Source: Azolla caroliniana (taxonomy: Eukaryota > Plantae > Polypodiophyta). Taken from it: a DNA stretch of 64,000 nucleotides. This document shows, in pieces, positions 1 through 16,100 of the stretch. Each line of letters opens with the position of its first letter. The first letter of the stretch is position 1. The stretch lies in contig JBHGNT010000011.1 in NCBI GenBank assembly GCA_043228905.1, forward strand, positions 18,166,001 through 18,230,000, in the 5' to 3' direction. The notes below the pieces were generated by a model. It did not search any database. It worked only from the letters and a program-made list of their open reading frames with translations, and was not told the DNA's origin. A program made the translations under genes and the position numbers.

Positions 1-275
1 ATGTTTTTAGACTATCTCTGAAGAGGTCCAAAGATGTGTCCAATGAGATGAAGACTTTGGAAAGCCAAGGACAAAGGGAGAAATTTTAGTGACAGTAATT
101 AGTTATTTAGGATCCTCATCCCTTCCATTTTAACCACTTTAACTAAAGATTAGTGACACTAATTACATGGGATTACACATGAGCAGTCAGTCAGTCATGC
201 TCTCCCCAATCTAACATTTTAAACCAAATGTTAGAACATCTTCATTAGTTCTGATCCGTTAATTAGTTGCTGGAA

Positions 276-3200
276 TCATCTGTCTGAGTCTTTATTACAA
301 ATTATATTTCCGGGATGTAATTCCTGTATGTCAGGATTTCGAACAGAAACCGGCCTCCTGTAGTTAGCCTTGTCATTAAGGATTTCGAAACGCGGATTAG
401 AGGGCCTGACACTGCGATTGGCATTGTAATTAGGCTTACTCAACATCTCCAATCTCAGCCCTGCCTTGGTGTAATAATGCTCTCTGGGAACGAACACAGG
501 GGAGCAGCCTGCTGATTTGCAGCCATAGTTCGTGCTAATGGTATCGCTAATGACAGCCGGCCTGCTTATCGTATCTAAAGTACTGTGATCCTTCTTGGAA
601 GTGTCGCGGCGATTGTCGTCATCATACTTCTTCCTTAAAATGATTGAAAGATTTTTAAATCAGGAATCATAATGAACCAACGAATTATTTGTCCACGGTA
701 CGAGTTAAAAAATTACTTGAGATATTTGTTACTGAAAAAATTCACTAATTGGAAAGTAATTAAATTAATAGCGAGGCGGCATTTAAATTTTAAAGTTAGA
801 GAACTTTCCTGCAAAATTTATTTGATTTTACCTTAGCTATTTACATAAAGAGCTGTACTAAAAGGAATTCAATTAAAATACACAAATTTAAATTAGATAC
901 AATTCAATTTAATGCACATAACTAATAGATTTAATTACTTGTTAGAGTGGGTCAATAATTTAAGAGTTTTTTTATGGCTGGATGCACGATCATGAATTGA
1001 ATGCCGGAATATTTATTATTAGCATGTGATTCGATCATTAATCCTGGTGAGGAATTCTTATACCTTTCCGATTGATGTCGATTGGGAGCAGCAACCAAAT
1101 TAGGTTTAGCAGTTGGATTAGCAGACATTTTATTAGTAATCATAAGTTTAGACGATGAGTGGTTGACGTTGTCCACATTAATATTGTAAACAGCAAAATC
1201 GTCGTGCACCATGATTCGACAAGGATCAGTAGATGGCCCCGTCTGCCTGCTGCCAAATCTAAAGGTGCAATTAGCATGATTAGCAGCAGCATTAATCCCA
1301 CCATTAACGGAAGCATTTGTCCCACTCGATAGATTCGGAGGGGTTAACTTCCTCTGAGTGTGACGATTGCTTTGTTCTTTTACATCTAGCCCCCCTATGC
1401 CGCTGCACGAATTAAGGAACCGAATGAAACTCATAGCTCCCGATTGGTGTTGCCTTAATGACGAAGTAATAAAGTTACTTCTGTCATGATTAGAGGTGTG
1501 ATTATCATTAATCGTAGAGTTAATGGTGGGATTAATATGTTCGTCGTCATCATCATGAGCCAGAAGAAGCTCATGAAGGTGAACTGAATTAGTGCTAGGA
1601 TTAGTTGTCTCTTCGCAGGCCGGGTTGATGCCATTACGATCATTAGTGCTATTTAATTGAATGGCCTCTGCTTCAATGTATTTGGTATTGCAATGTATCT
1701 CTTCTTCTTGTTCGGATTCAATATTCTTCCCTGCCAGGTGATTATCTTCTTGTAGATTGCTAATTGCATCGTCATCTACTTCTTCCTTCACTGTAGCTTC
1801 AATGCAGACCTTGGGCCTGCTTGGTGAGACTCTAGCTCCACAACTATAAGAAGACCTAGAAATGGCATGGCTGTCAGTGGATGGGGAATAATTAGGGTTA
1901 GAGGAGATGGTGGAATTGGAGGATGAAGGAGGGGAAGGGTTCAAAAACAATTCAGATTTCATGTCTATCTCTGTAGCAGGATTCTGATCAATAATTATGT
2001 TGCTCTCTGCTGGATAATGAAAGCTATTATTCTCTTCCACTGAACCTGCTGTTTGTGTGGCCACATCTACAGAGCCTTGACGTAGATTAGGGTAATTAGT
2101 GGGATAAATGACTTTCAGATCCCTCGCCATGATCAAACCAGATGAGGCTGAGGACACTTTGGAATCATCACTTATTTCCCGATCCTTCAATGGTCCTCTG
2201 GTATCTTGATGATGAATCGCAGGAGCAGCCTCCTCCAGCCTACTACTTTGCCGTGCATCGATCACTAATGGTTCTGCAGAAAAACAATTTGATAGAAATG
2301 AGACAAAAAGATTCATTGCTTGTACTGCTGCAATTCCGGCAATCGACTTCAAATGTGTGAAGGAACACTCAATTACGATGAAGTAATATGGTGATTAACG
2401 CAGGAACTCTTACTGATCGCTAAATCGTTGGCATGGATGTGACCATCTCCTGTGATTTCAGAGCCTTTGAGAACATATTCTCCGCCGCCATAACAGTAAC
2501 TGATCCCTGAAGGGAAGATGATGTCCTCATCATCGCTCAAATCTTGCCACACATACCCATTCCTGTAACTCCTGCGATTTGAGTAAATTCAGATGAGCAG
2601 ACCTGAAAAAACTATTCGTAAAGATTCGGCAGGTAAACATATAGATGAAGCACGCAGAATCATTTGTAGAGGAGCATTCATACATGAGGAGGCACTAACC
2701 CTAGATCAATCAGGCATGGCGGCTAGTTAAAATTCAGGGCGTTTTAAGGGAATGGAAAAGACGCAGAATCATACCGCTTGTAGGACCATGCGAAGGCGGA
2801 GGGGAATTGGGAACCTCTGATCATGGACAAATGCTGCTTCACATCTGTGTCAAAGGGTAAAACACAAGAATGGTAATCAGAACCAGGGGAGTCAGAAATG
2901 AAAAGGGGGAGAGGGGAAGAAAATCGCAAAAAGAATTCATCGAGAAAAGAAGAAGGATAAAAGAATGGGGATGGGGTAAAACGAATCCGGAGGCACGAAG
3001 ACAGAACCATAGACAGAGTAAGAGATGGATGGATGGATGAGGAAAGAAGAGACCTGTGAGAAGGAGGTGGCGATGGCGGGGACGGGGGAGGCGGAGGAGG
3101 TGGGGGTGTTCCAGGTGGCCGCCATAGCTGCTCCGGCAGAGGTAGTAGATCACGTGCAGAGATCCTCCGGCGGAGGCGTCTGGCGGGGTAGGCGGAGGAG

Positions 3201-3324
3201 GAGTAGCGATGGAATGTGGGTGGGGATGGCCATGGCCATGGCCATGGGCAGAGGCAGAGGCAGAGGCGAGGTGGAGATTCAATGGCTTCTTCTTCTGCTG
3301 CCCCTCCTCCTGCAGCATGGACAT
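276..3324 (-). CDS. SOK: SOSEKI-family (DUF966, DIX-like domain) polarity protein, 5 exons, ~688 aa
   Basis: Exons 3324-3054, 2844-2775, 2571-2414, 2273-1064 and 633-276 have GT..AG boundaries with compatible phases (2067 nt total). The spliced N-terminus reads [76 protein letters not shown], the SOSEKI DIX-like signature. The exon 4/5 junction is the least certain. Confidence 0.88.
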
Positions 3325-3389
3325 TCTCTCAGCTCTGCAGGTAGAGGGGAGGAGACAGAGAGAGCAGAGAGTAAAAAACCACAGAGAGT

Positions 3390-3963
<574 letters not shown>

Positions 3964-6900
3964 GCCTTCATATCGTGGAGATATCGTATAGTAAGTAATA
4001 TGGCATGTATGTATCGCATTATATGTATGTACACACATGTATGTATGTATGTATGTGATTGATTATGGGCCATCCTTTGGTCAGTCGGTCGGTCGGTCGG
4101 GGCCACCCATCTCTCCAATAAGCTCTTGTGATTCATGGTGTACGATCATAGACCACCAAAACGGGTTTCTTACACTTTCTTCTTCTCCTTCTTCTTCTTC
4201 TTCGATAGCGGCTACTCGACAAGTTCTTGTTCGGTGTGCTCGTTGAGTTGTTTTATTGTCAAGCCTCATAGAAGTGGACACAGGTTTTCGATTCTCTCCA
4301 TTCATGTTGGTGGGAACGTAGACCATGCAACGGGTTTTCTGGCATCGTTTTTCTTCTTTTTAAATCTTTCTTTGAGCCGGCAAGTTCTTGTTCAGAAATG
4401 CTCCTAGATAAGTTTTTTTTTTCCATAAAAATTATGCTCCTAGATAAGTTGTTTATGTAACAATGAGAGAAAGAATATATAGGTAGGGTTTTTTTTTAGA
4501 TTCTCTCCTCCCTAAAGGTGCTCGAGAAGTGACGCAATTCCCACCTATGAGCTCGCCTACTTTTTCCATGCTTGTCGTGATAGATAGAGATACATATAAT
4601 TTACGTCACCCTAGCGAGTGCCTCGATTATCGCCGATAAAACCAGAGAACTATTGATAAGATTCCTCTTCGAAATGCTCCTCAACATCATTGGGCTACCT
4701 ATACTTCTACTTACAAGTCCATCGGATAAGCTCATGATTAGTAACTGCCCACATTCCCATCGTTTTCAACATTTCCATTTTGTATTCCATGAGGATATGT
4801 GCACCTAGAAAACCGTGATTTGTTTTGTCGTAGAGGCCTCGCTAGAATGATCGCGTTCTCTGTGGCGTTTGTACCGAGATTAGCAGAACAAGGCCCCACT
4901 GAATGCAAAGTCATTTGGATTGTTGGTTAAATTTGAGTTTTGCACTTTCTCGATGTAATTTGTCTATATTCATGTAACCACAACTCCCATATTTTTGAGA
5001 GTTTTCCATTTTGGATTGTATCACTTACTCCTCCGACCAAGATTGTTGGTAAAATTTGGGTTTGCAAGTCCTCAGCATTAATTTTGTCCACTCATGTAGC
5101 CATAATCCCATAATTTTGACCAAGTTTTATTTTCAATGTTGGTTTTGTCTACTATGGAGTTTGTATTGTATTCATATATGTATAACCTCTTTAAGGTTCG
5201 TGAAACATGATAATTAGTTACACATCCGTCAATATGTTTCCACAGAACATAGAAAAATTCCATTTTGGTATAAACAGTTTGTCTAAAGCAAACGATTGCA
5301 AAGTCTATACCACAATATAAAATTTACAACTTCGTATGTAAATTGATGAGTTGGGAACAATTTCACTTGGTCACTCGTGCTTTCATTTTATCCTTCCCAT
5401 TCAAAATTGTTTTACTCGTTGTCAGTAAGTTCACTTACAAGGTCGAATCCATGCCATTCAATTGTTCATCTAATGTACATATGCTTCGAGAATGTAGCAT
5501 AAGGAGCAAAGTTAATATTCTTTTAGTTGTTCCTTGACATTTGGTTTTAAAAAACCTATGGATTGAACAAAGAATGCTTACTCTTGGAAGTTTTAATCAC
5601 GATATTCGTTGTGCATGTAATAGAAGTGACAACCAAACTAGTTTGTCCATTTATTTCCTTGTTCAATTATATCTGAAGGTTCCAATCGATGTATACATTT
5701 GAACAACTACTCCAATTATCGTAAAGGATGTCATCTCAAACACTTTTTTGTATAATACACGAGTCTGTGCCCATGTTGCTAATAACTATTGTTATGCTTG
5801 AAGCTAATTTGTATTAGCTTTCTAGGTTGTTGTTGTTGTTGGCATCATTCAACTTTGAGTAAGAGGGTTGTAGCGTGTGTGTAGCTTGAGCCATGTCATG
5901 TTTGTGAGTAGCACAAGAGATACAGATCATCGAGCAATTAGGTGTATAGGAGAACAAGTATAGGAGGAACAAGTTCAACCCTAGCACAAAAGTAGCTTAG
6001 CTCAATACTAAACATGATACCTTTTGTCTCTCAACTCCATAAAGAATTATCTCAATTCATTGTTCCAGAAAATGTTACTTAGAAATACTATATGCCCCAA
6101 CTAAATCAAGGAACGTCATTAGGAGATCATACAAACAAGGCCACATTATTTTTAATATACGGGAACTTTATACATCATTTTAACAACAAGCATCCTCACT
6201 AGGATTATTGAATGAATGTTTTTTGTATTATAACAACATGCATTTGGAGAATGATTTTGTTTTGTAACCTATGAAACATAAGCTCCATTCTTGTTGTTTC
6301 ATAAATCTCAAACTCTATGTCAAATTGGTGCAACAACCAACTTGTATTGTAAATAGCATCGCAAAGGCTATACCAAAGTGGTAGAACTTTATTCAAGACT
6401 AGTGCCAATGTTTTCAAAGGAAAATCCTAGAGAGTGCATGCTCATTTGGCATATATTTGACAACCCTCTGTAATGAAATGGAAGCCAATATATAATTATT
6501 CTATTTAACTTGGTCTAATTCTCTTCATGTTTTTGTATGTTGTAAATGTGTGGTTGGTGAACTAATAATTCCACAAAAATGATAAACAAATTACATGTGA
6601 TAGAGACTTGTAACATTGGTTAGGATTTTGTTGGGTTCATTGACATTGTTGAAGCCATAGCAATGTAGATAGACCCTCTTGTGTGCATCTTCTAGGGCCA
6701 TCTTGATTTAAGATATAAGAAAAAGCAACTACTCACCTCTTATTTCAAAGTTACGGAATATTTAGTTATATACTTTCACTATGTACCTAAAAATTCATGC
6801 CTACTAACCAAGAAGCCAAGGGAGCTCAACTGACTTACACATCAATGCTTTATTTGTTGTGTTGTCAAATCTATGAAATGGTAGCGAAAGTTTTTGGTCC

Positions 6901-9900
6901 ATGTCAACATATTACGTTGCTCAATAAGGCCCATCATACTAGCCTACATGTATGTGTGGCTATCTCTTTGCAATGATTCACATATTTATCGTGAATAGAA
7001 CCTTTACCTTAGGGGTATCTTGACTCAAATCAGTTGTTCATGTCACACATGGGTGTTGTGCATTCTTCTCGTTGGTACTCAAACTTTAGCTAAAATCTCG
7101 ATTCTCACGTCTATTGAGTTATGGTTCGTAAATTTATGTTTTGGACATCATTGGATGGAGAAAGAGGACAATCAAGAAAGGTGTGGCCGAATACAAATTC
7201 ATCATATATTATTTCTTTTTAGCATAAAGTATTCTTAGAAAATTTTCATTAACAATACCGAGTAGAAATAAAATCCAATAAATATATATTGGACTAAATT
7301 GAATTGACGCGATGAGAACACTTCGAGTTTTGGTGTTTGGGCAAATGTCCGAGGCATTGCAATCATTGAGATTATAGTAAGTGTTATAATCAAATATTAT
7401 GTTTGAATACCGATTATTCTATTTTGTAAACAAGACATTTTATGTGTCACGCAATGTGAAAACTTTGCCTTATTTCTACATTGGAACAAACTTTTAACTG
7501 TATTGCTTACATAGCATTGCAAAAGCTTTAACGAGATTGAAGTGAATTCACGTAGAATGATTAGAGAGGGGTTTTCTAGTGATTACCCATGTGATACCTA
7601 TTAGAAACATTGAAATTTTTGAGAGCGTTTTACATGTTTTCTCTCTAGTAGTTTGTGCAATGAGTGGCAATCATGGAGGATTGTGTTGGGGCAAACTTGA
7701 AGCTTATTTTTGGATTTCCAAACCATCGTTGATGTTTGTTATCATAGTATCTAGAAGGCCTAAAAGTGGACTCACATAAAAAGAACTGTAACTCTCTTTG
7801 TGTTGCCATCCCGATTCCCATGCAACCAAATGTCCAAATTGCGAGTACATGATCAGGTATTGGTATACTCAATTAGTACATTGTTTAGTGACCAAATATG
7901 TTTTTTGCATTTGAACATAATCACCACCAAGTATCACTACAATGAAGGTTTTGGATGAGTTCCATCCAAGTGCATATCAAATCATCTTATGGTTTAATGA
8001 ATTAACCTTCTCTATGAATATGTAGGTAGATTTGTAATAATTTGAAAAGCTCAATAAATAGTGTGACCGACCATAAATATGTACAATATTCACTAGAATA
8101 AAAAAATAGATTTGATGCAATTTACCTTAGCATACACGACCATATATGTATGTTGTAAGCCAAAACTCTACAATTAGACAAGCATGGGTTGCACATTCTC
8201 ATTCCGTATTATTCCTTACCCCAACACAAAAAACTTGCAAGAGAATGGATGAACATGAGCACGGAGTGTTTTGACATTTTTTTGCATCTCCTGACACCTA
8301 ATTCAATCACTTTTCCGATGACTTGGAAGATTATTATACATACCAAATGAATTCGACATGAATAGGGTTTAAAATTAACATTCTAGTGTACACTACAAAT
8401 GGTTTTTGGTGCATTCAAGTTTTATGCGTACATTACGTGGTGGTAGTCGTGATATGATATGTCAATCTATAAGCAAGCAAGGACATTTGGAGACCACCCT
8501 ATGATCATGAAAGGTAAAGTTGGGTTGTAAGGAATATGCTACTATTATTAGTTTTAGAAATAAGTATTTTATTTGAAAATTACTAAATATCTCTTAGTTT
8601 TGGTGAAAGTGCTTACACTACTTCGCAAGGTTTGGCATCATTATCACAACGTACATAACTAGTTTGAGTGTACGAAGTGTCACAAATGTCCAGCTTTAGC
8701 ATAGGTGTCGCATCGACCTTTGATGTTAAATCACGATTGTAACTCTACGGCAAGACGTATGTTGTACATTACATAGACAATTGTCAATGTCCTATCCAAC
8801 AATAATTGAAGAATGGCTTGCTTTTGTCGACGTGTTCCTCATTCATGAAGAGAGGTGTTTCACAAGGAGAAAATGTGGACATGTGGCAAAACAAACAAAC
8901 CAACCTCGACGATAGTGATAGATTGAAAGGGGTGGAATTGGAACCAAATAGAATGGAGACATGAATTCGAGGGTGCATGGGTTTATACTAGGTGTAATTT
9001 GTAAAGGAGGAAATGGAAAGATGGATCTAGGGCTTAAATGAAAGGAGACATGTATATGTATGTAGATGTAAAGACTCAAGAGGGAAATATATTTGGGTAT
9101 ATAAATAGTCTTCACTTTTTGTTCATCTAAATGTTGCCAATTTGGAGGCACAACTAGAGGGGGTGGGGGGGAGGGCTATCTTGAGGTCCATTAAATTGTG
9201 GGTGCAGGTTCCATGATGTTGATGAAGTAATAAAATCCTCCAAATCTTTCACTTAAATAGATAGTGATGAATGAATATGAATAGAGGGAAGTGTGCATGG
9301 CCCGACTGAATTTAACTAATATTGGATACTCTACTACTACTCCTCCTCTTGGCAATCAGCATGACACATTCACATATCCTAATCAATCACTCATTTATTG
9401 GGAAATCTTAAGATTTAGGTCACGACCCCCAAGAAGCTTAAGATTGAGGTCACATACATAGAGAGATAGATAGATAGATACATCTATGCTACCATCTATT
9501 GTATCTTCCATCCAAAAACCTACAATCTCTTTTCCTTTTGCACTGAAGTTAAGATGCTTCTCAAACATGTTTAATGTCTACTCGAGAGTCGACTTCATGG
9601 ATGCATTGGCCCCTTTTTTGGTGTGACGTGTGTTTCTCACCGCTTTTGTCTTTGATGTCGACCCCTTTGCCAAGGCCTCGATGTGGATGTAAAGTGAAAC
9701 CTTTAGGAATAACAACAATTCTTGAGCGAGTCCGAAGTTTTAGGGTTTGGTAAACATAAACCTACATACCCTAGACATACAACTCAACTTCTTGTTTCTA
9801 TGCCAGATGTATATATTAAATTGACGTCAGTGGTCACATGTGTTTTTGTGGTCCCTTGTTTTTCGATTTTATGTATAGCACATATCAAGCTTGGTTTTCA

Positions 9901-12900
9901 CAAACCATATGCACAAGCTTGAATGAAAAAGCTCCTTGAGATATATTTATTTGTTTGCATAAACTTGGATCCTATTTAGACACCTTTAAACATGTTGTTT
10001 CTAATATTTTTTGTTTACATGTTCTCACCTTCAAATGACCCACATTTTCACCAATCAATATTTTCATGTCATATAAGCACCATGAGTTGTCCTTTGATTG
10101 CTTTGCTCAACATCTAACATCAAGGACACAAATTTGGTAGCTATTTAATGGCTTTGCTTTGGACATTGGCTTTGTTGTGCCAAAGAACCTTTCACTCATA
10201 GGTTGTGCACACATTCAAGCAACAGACCACTTTGGGATCTAGACTCTTGATTGATCTAAAGATTTGTCTTGATATAGAAAATCTTTGAGGGCCTAATTTG
10301 TGATCCACCCCTTATGATGAGTTTCCTTCCTTTCCTTTGAAGAAAGATTGTTTAGTATCTAAGAAGTTCACTACAAAGTTCAAATGTTTTTTGAAAGGAG
10401 ATGGTTCATTGAATGTTTTTGAGAGCATTAAAGGCTCACATTGTCCGCATTGATTTTACACTCTAGTTATAGGCTCTACTTATGATTGAGCATTTGTTCT
10501 GCACCAAGTGGGTGAAAGGATCACATGACGTGAAAAACCTCAATGGATGGAATTTCATGTATCCAACAGAAAGAAGAAGAAGATGAAGGCAATGATAAAG
10601 AAATGGATATTTATCTCTAAAGAGAGACTGAAATAAATAACCAAACATAGAAGGCGGATTCTAAAACTATCACAACTGGTAACCTCTCTGGTGCAAACAT
10701 ATATAAATTAATTTCTTCCATCAATGTGAAATTTTGGCATCCTCTTGCATATAAATATCTCCCTTCCTACATTTAGCTTTTCATGTGTATTTGGTCATCG
10801 TTGACGTACAAGTTGCATGTGCAATTCGTATTATCGATAGGGTTTAGGACAACCCTTTTGCTAGCTATATGGGCTCTACTTGTGTGCGATATTTGATATG
10901 AGAGGCATCCTCTTTAACCTCCTTGGTTGTCATCACAATCAAACGATAAGCCATCTCGCCACATGAATGAGGTTTGCCAAATAAATGTAGATATACTAGT
11001 ATAGATAGCCTTGCCCTTGTTTTCTTGGAAATAAGATATTCAAAATCCAAGTTTTTAAGATTGTTTAGAGGCCCATTGAATGCCTAAATTACACCATCAA
11101 TTCAATCCTTGCTACATATAATGGCTTATGGATTGATTCAATCCATTTCATCTTGGAAATGGGCTTGAATATATGTGATACAAGAGCACATGCAAACAAC
11201 ATATGACATTGGAAAAGTTGGTGGAGTAGGACCTAGTAAATAGTGTACTATTGTATTTCGCTCCATACACACCTGTTTCTTTGTAATTTGACAACAATCA
11301 TAAATTTAGTGAAGTAAACTTCAATTCTTCAAACCACTCTCCATCAAATTCTAAGGATGATTGGACAAGGAAAACTAGCCAAACCTAAACTCTTATGTAT
11401 TTCATGATAAGTAAGGTCAACGTCGTTACCCACTCATGTAAAGGTGTACTTCATCGAATCCTCGAGAATTTAGATACAATAGTACTAAAACAACTTTAAA
11501 TCAAAGAAGAGCCCTTAGAGAAATGTTAAATCTAAATTATTGTGGAAACTTTTTGTTATATTAGATTTGGGCATTAGTGCATCCACGGATTTGTCTTTCA
11601 AAGAAAAGTGTGAAAAAAAATCGAGTGGTAACAAACCTTTTGTGGCCTTCCTTGTATCAAATGCAAAACATTCCTATAAATGATTGTTTTTTTTTTTCCA
11701 ATAAAAACTCCTTCCATTAGTTATAGATAAATGATTGTTTGATTATACATAATTATACCTTACTAAAATGTTTTGAATTAAAATATGAACATGATGATGT
11801 AGGTGTAAAACTTATCTTTGTTTGACAAAACTTTGAGGATGAATTCAGATGAGAGATGTTACAATTTTTTGAGGTTTGCTACTTACATGTATATTGTATT
11901 ACAATGTTATAAAGTCAGTAGTTGATCAGTGCACATTTTCTTCTATGTTGATTTTCTTAGGGCATATTCCCTTCTCCACTAGTTTCTTAAGCGTCACTTT
12001 TAAAAGGCACATTCTCTTCAAACTTGGATTTAATTGAAGCTAAAAAGCTTGAGAATGGTTTCTTATGGAAGATATACATTTCATTCTAATTTTGTTTGCT
12101 CCATCTTTTGAATAAATAAGGATGTTGCCCTTTTCAACAACCCATTTGTTGTGTAAAGTGAATTCATAAAGTGCCGTTTTTAGGTGTACATTTCGTAAGA
12201 TTGTGATGCAAAGAGCGAAAGTCTAAAGGCATTTATGAGAAGAATATTTATGAAGTGAGTATGATCTCAAAACAAAAAACAGGATTTCTTTTTGCAACAA
12301 AATGTAACATTGGGCCTACCACTTTAGATTTTAACGCAACCTCACAATAACAAAGCTTTACCTTTATAATTACATTATCACTGTAAAATGTATATATAAC
12401 CTCTTCATGGCCCTACCAACCATGTTTGAGATTGCACAACAACTAAGGGCAAGATTTTGATATGTCACCAGAAGGAATCAAAATAAGGAAATGTTCGGCA
12501 TAAGGTGGCAAAGTTATTTTCAACTTCCACCCTTTTCATCTATTTGTAGATTATTAACAAACTACGATTGCTACACATACATTTGGATAACCCTTCCAAA
12601 GAAAATTCATCGGCAAGATAGTGAAGGTGTCACCTATCTAATCTAGATTGTTGCATTCACACACTACATTGGATCCATCCAACTAGATTGTCCATCTTAT
12701 GTGCATTTTCTGAAAATGTGAGATTCAAGGAATAATAAAATTTAGGACGTTTACTATCTATGACATAAAATTTAGGTCGGTCTCTCCCTCGTAATCAGTT
12801 TAATTCATGTTCAAACATGCACAATGAGATGGAAAACAAATAGCTTGAGATGAGCATACTTCCACAAAAGTTCTAATTGCACATAAGATACAACAAACCT

Positions 12901-13152
12901 TCATAGGAACATCGAAAAAACATTGTGATTAGCAACAGTATGAAGCTTCTAAAGACGAAACTTAAAAAGCTGACCAAACATACAATAGAGGCACCCATTT
13001 AACATTAATGATTAATGATCTATGATGACCATGACGTGCAATAATACATTAGACAACGATGTCTTGTTGGAAAGGTGGTAAGAGTATGTTGCAATATTGA
13101 TTGTGAAGCAAAGAATATCTCACTCTAAGTAAAGGTCACGTTATTGGAAAAA

Positions 13153-16100
13153 ATGGACTCTATAATGTCACATCTCTTCATACTTCACTCTTCTACTTCT
13201 CTTCCTCCTCCACCTTTGGGGTCACCTTGCTCCATACTTGCCATGGCTCCCGATCTACCAAACGAGTTTCACCTCCACCGAGAAGATGTCTTAGCCACCT
13301 CTCAAAGCCCCTTGCTCACTAATAACCAAATACTGCTTGTCCATAGTGATGGTAACTCGGAATTACTCGCTAGTGATCAACGGGACACTTTAATGAATAT
13401 CTACGATAGCATTCATGTGCCCCCCCCATGTCCCCGCAAGAAACACTCCCTTGTTCGCAATGCAACTAGAAGGTTTCGCTACACAAATGACACGCAAACA
13501 GGTGGAAATGTCCGGGATAACAGGCTGCTACCCGGTCATAGACTACGCATTGCTACCCATGCCATTCGAGCCATAGCGAGGTTCCAACAACCTGTGCTCA
13601 ACAACATTAACCATGACACTTTCCATGGTGATGTCCCAAGGAAATGCAGCCCTGCTGCTTCATATTCAGGAATAGAGATTTCTACATTTGGATACGGGGG
13701 GGTGTCGGCCCCATCATCGAGGAATTGCACACATACATGTTCGATTCACAGCTTAGGCGGATATGGTCTAGATGAACCTCATGAGATTAGTCAAGTGGAG
13801 AAGGAGTCTAAGACCCAGTCCCGGTCACCATTATCAACTCCTCCGATACCTACAACACCGGCCATTTTGGTAGATAAATTAGCTTCCCTATTGCAAAATC
13901 GGAGCCAGACTGAGCTCTCCACTTTAGGGGGGGTCCAAGGAGTGGCTGCCCTTCTCCAATCACGAATCGACACCGGGATCGACGATGATCCCGACCTCAT
14001 TCGCGAGCTTAAGCACAAGTATGGATCCAACACTTACATTCGTCGGCCTCCCAAAGGCTTCTTCAGTTTCCTTTTTGATGCATGCAGGGATCCCACCCTC
14101 ATTATATTGATTGTGTGTGCTTTGCTTTCGCTCGGATTCGGCATCAAAAGCCACGGCATTGCCGAAGGCTGGTATGATGGAGCCAGCATTCTGTTCGCGG
14201 TGATGCTTGTAGTCCTTGTGACCTCCATCAGTGATTATAGGCAATCTTTGCAGTTCTTGGTGTTGAATGAAGAGAAGAGGAACATTCAAGTCCATGTGAT
14301 AAGGGGAGGAAGAAGGATGAGGGTTTCCATATTCGATCTCGTGGTTGGGGACAAGGTCTATCTAAGCATTGGTGATCAAGTACCTGCGGATGGACTCTTT
14401 GTGGATGGCCACTCTTTGCAACTAGATGAATCAACTATGACTGGGGAGAGCGAGCCGGTGCACATAAGCGATACAATGCCTTTCCTTATGTCAGGTTGCA
14501 AGGTAGAAGATGGTTATGGCACAATGCTTGTCACGTCGGTCGGAATGAGGACCGAATGGGGTAAGATTATGGCACAGCTCGAAGAGGATATGGGTGAAGA
14601 AACTCCGTTACAAGTGAGATTGAATGCCATTGCCACTTTCGTAGGTCAAATCGGTCTGTCCGTGGCACTCATTGTATTTGTCATCTTGTTCGTCTTCTAC
14701 TTCACTGGGCACAAGGCGGGATCCAACGGTACTGGTTACTTCAAAGCTCACAAGACTTCAATTACCAGTGCATTGAACAGTGTGGTCGACATCTTTGCAA
14801 TCGCTGTCACAATTGTGGTTGTGGCCGTTCCCGAGGGGCTACCGCTTGCTGTTACCTTGTCTCTTGCATATGCGATGAAGAAGATGATGGTGGATAGAGC
14901 ATTGGTGAGGAGATTGTCAGCCTGTGAAACCATGGGGAGTGCTACTACAATATGCACCGATAAAACGGGAACCCTCACTCTCAATTTGATGACAGTTGTG
15001 AAAGTTTGCATAGACGAGAGAGTCTGGAATGCTGAACAAGTTGGTGCGATGATCGGTTTCAACAGTCTTTTGTACGGTTTGCTTCTTGAGGGCATTTCAC
15101 ATAATTCTGCAGCCAGTGTGTTTATGGGTGATGGCGGTAAGGAACCAGAGGTGTCAGGCTCAGCTACTGAGAAAGCTGTGCTGGTGTGGGGACTCAAACT
15201 TGGTATGGACTTCTATAAGGAGAGGTCGGGTTCGAGGATTTTACAAGTGGAGACCTTCAATTCAGTTAAGAAGAGGGCTGGTGTAGCCTTGAGATCTGTG
15301 GCGAGTCGCGATGTGCACGTGCATTGGAAAGGAGCAGCTGAGATTCTACTGGATGAGAGTGACAAAATGCTAGATTCAGATGGATCTACAGTCATCATCA
15401 CTTCAGAGAGAAGGCAAAAACTTCTGCGAGTTATAGAGGCCATGGCTTCTGAGAGCTTAAGGTGCATTGCATTCGGTTACATGGAGCTGGACCCAGATGA
15501 AGTTCCAAGCGGAGAGCAATTGGAAGTGTGGAAAATCCCAGAGGGACCTCTCACACTTCTGGCTATAATCGGCATGAAGGACCCTTGCAGACCTGGTGTA
15601 CCGGAAGCGGTTCACAAGTGTCAACAAGCTGGCATTATGGTCCGTATGATTACTGGCGATAACCTTGCAACAGCCAAAGCAATTGCGACAGAGTGTGGCA
15701 TCTTTAAGCAAGAATATCAAGCTGTGGATGGGCCTACATTTAGAAGCTACTCCGATTCTGAGAGAGAGGCTCGAGTTCCCAATATATGCGTAATGGCACG
15801 ATCATCACCCTCTGATAAGCTTTTGATGGTGCTCACATTGAAGAGAATGGGGGAAGTGGTGGCTGTGACGGGTGATGGGACGAATGATAGCCCCGCTCTC
15901 CATGCAGCCGATGTTGGCTTGGCTATGGGTATTCAAGGAACCGAAGTAGCAAAAGAGAGCTCAGATATCATCATATTGGATGACAATTTTGCAACCGTGG
16001 TCAAAGTTGTGCGTTGGGGGCGATCGATATATGTGAATATACAGAAGTTTATCCAATTCCAGCTCACAGTGAATGTGGCAGCCCTCACGATCAATTTTGT

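Noticed and set aside
4500-13100. Short ORFs or possible ancient transposon remnants in the AT-rich intergenic region
   Set aside because: I could not support any motif, terminal repeat or consistent exon chain by eye; a profile search is needed.
13144-13152. TTG start of the ATPase ORF in the supplied track
   Set aside because: This is a eukaryotic gene, so ATG 13153 or 13243 is the plausible start.
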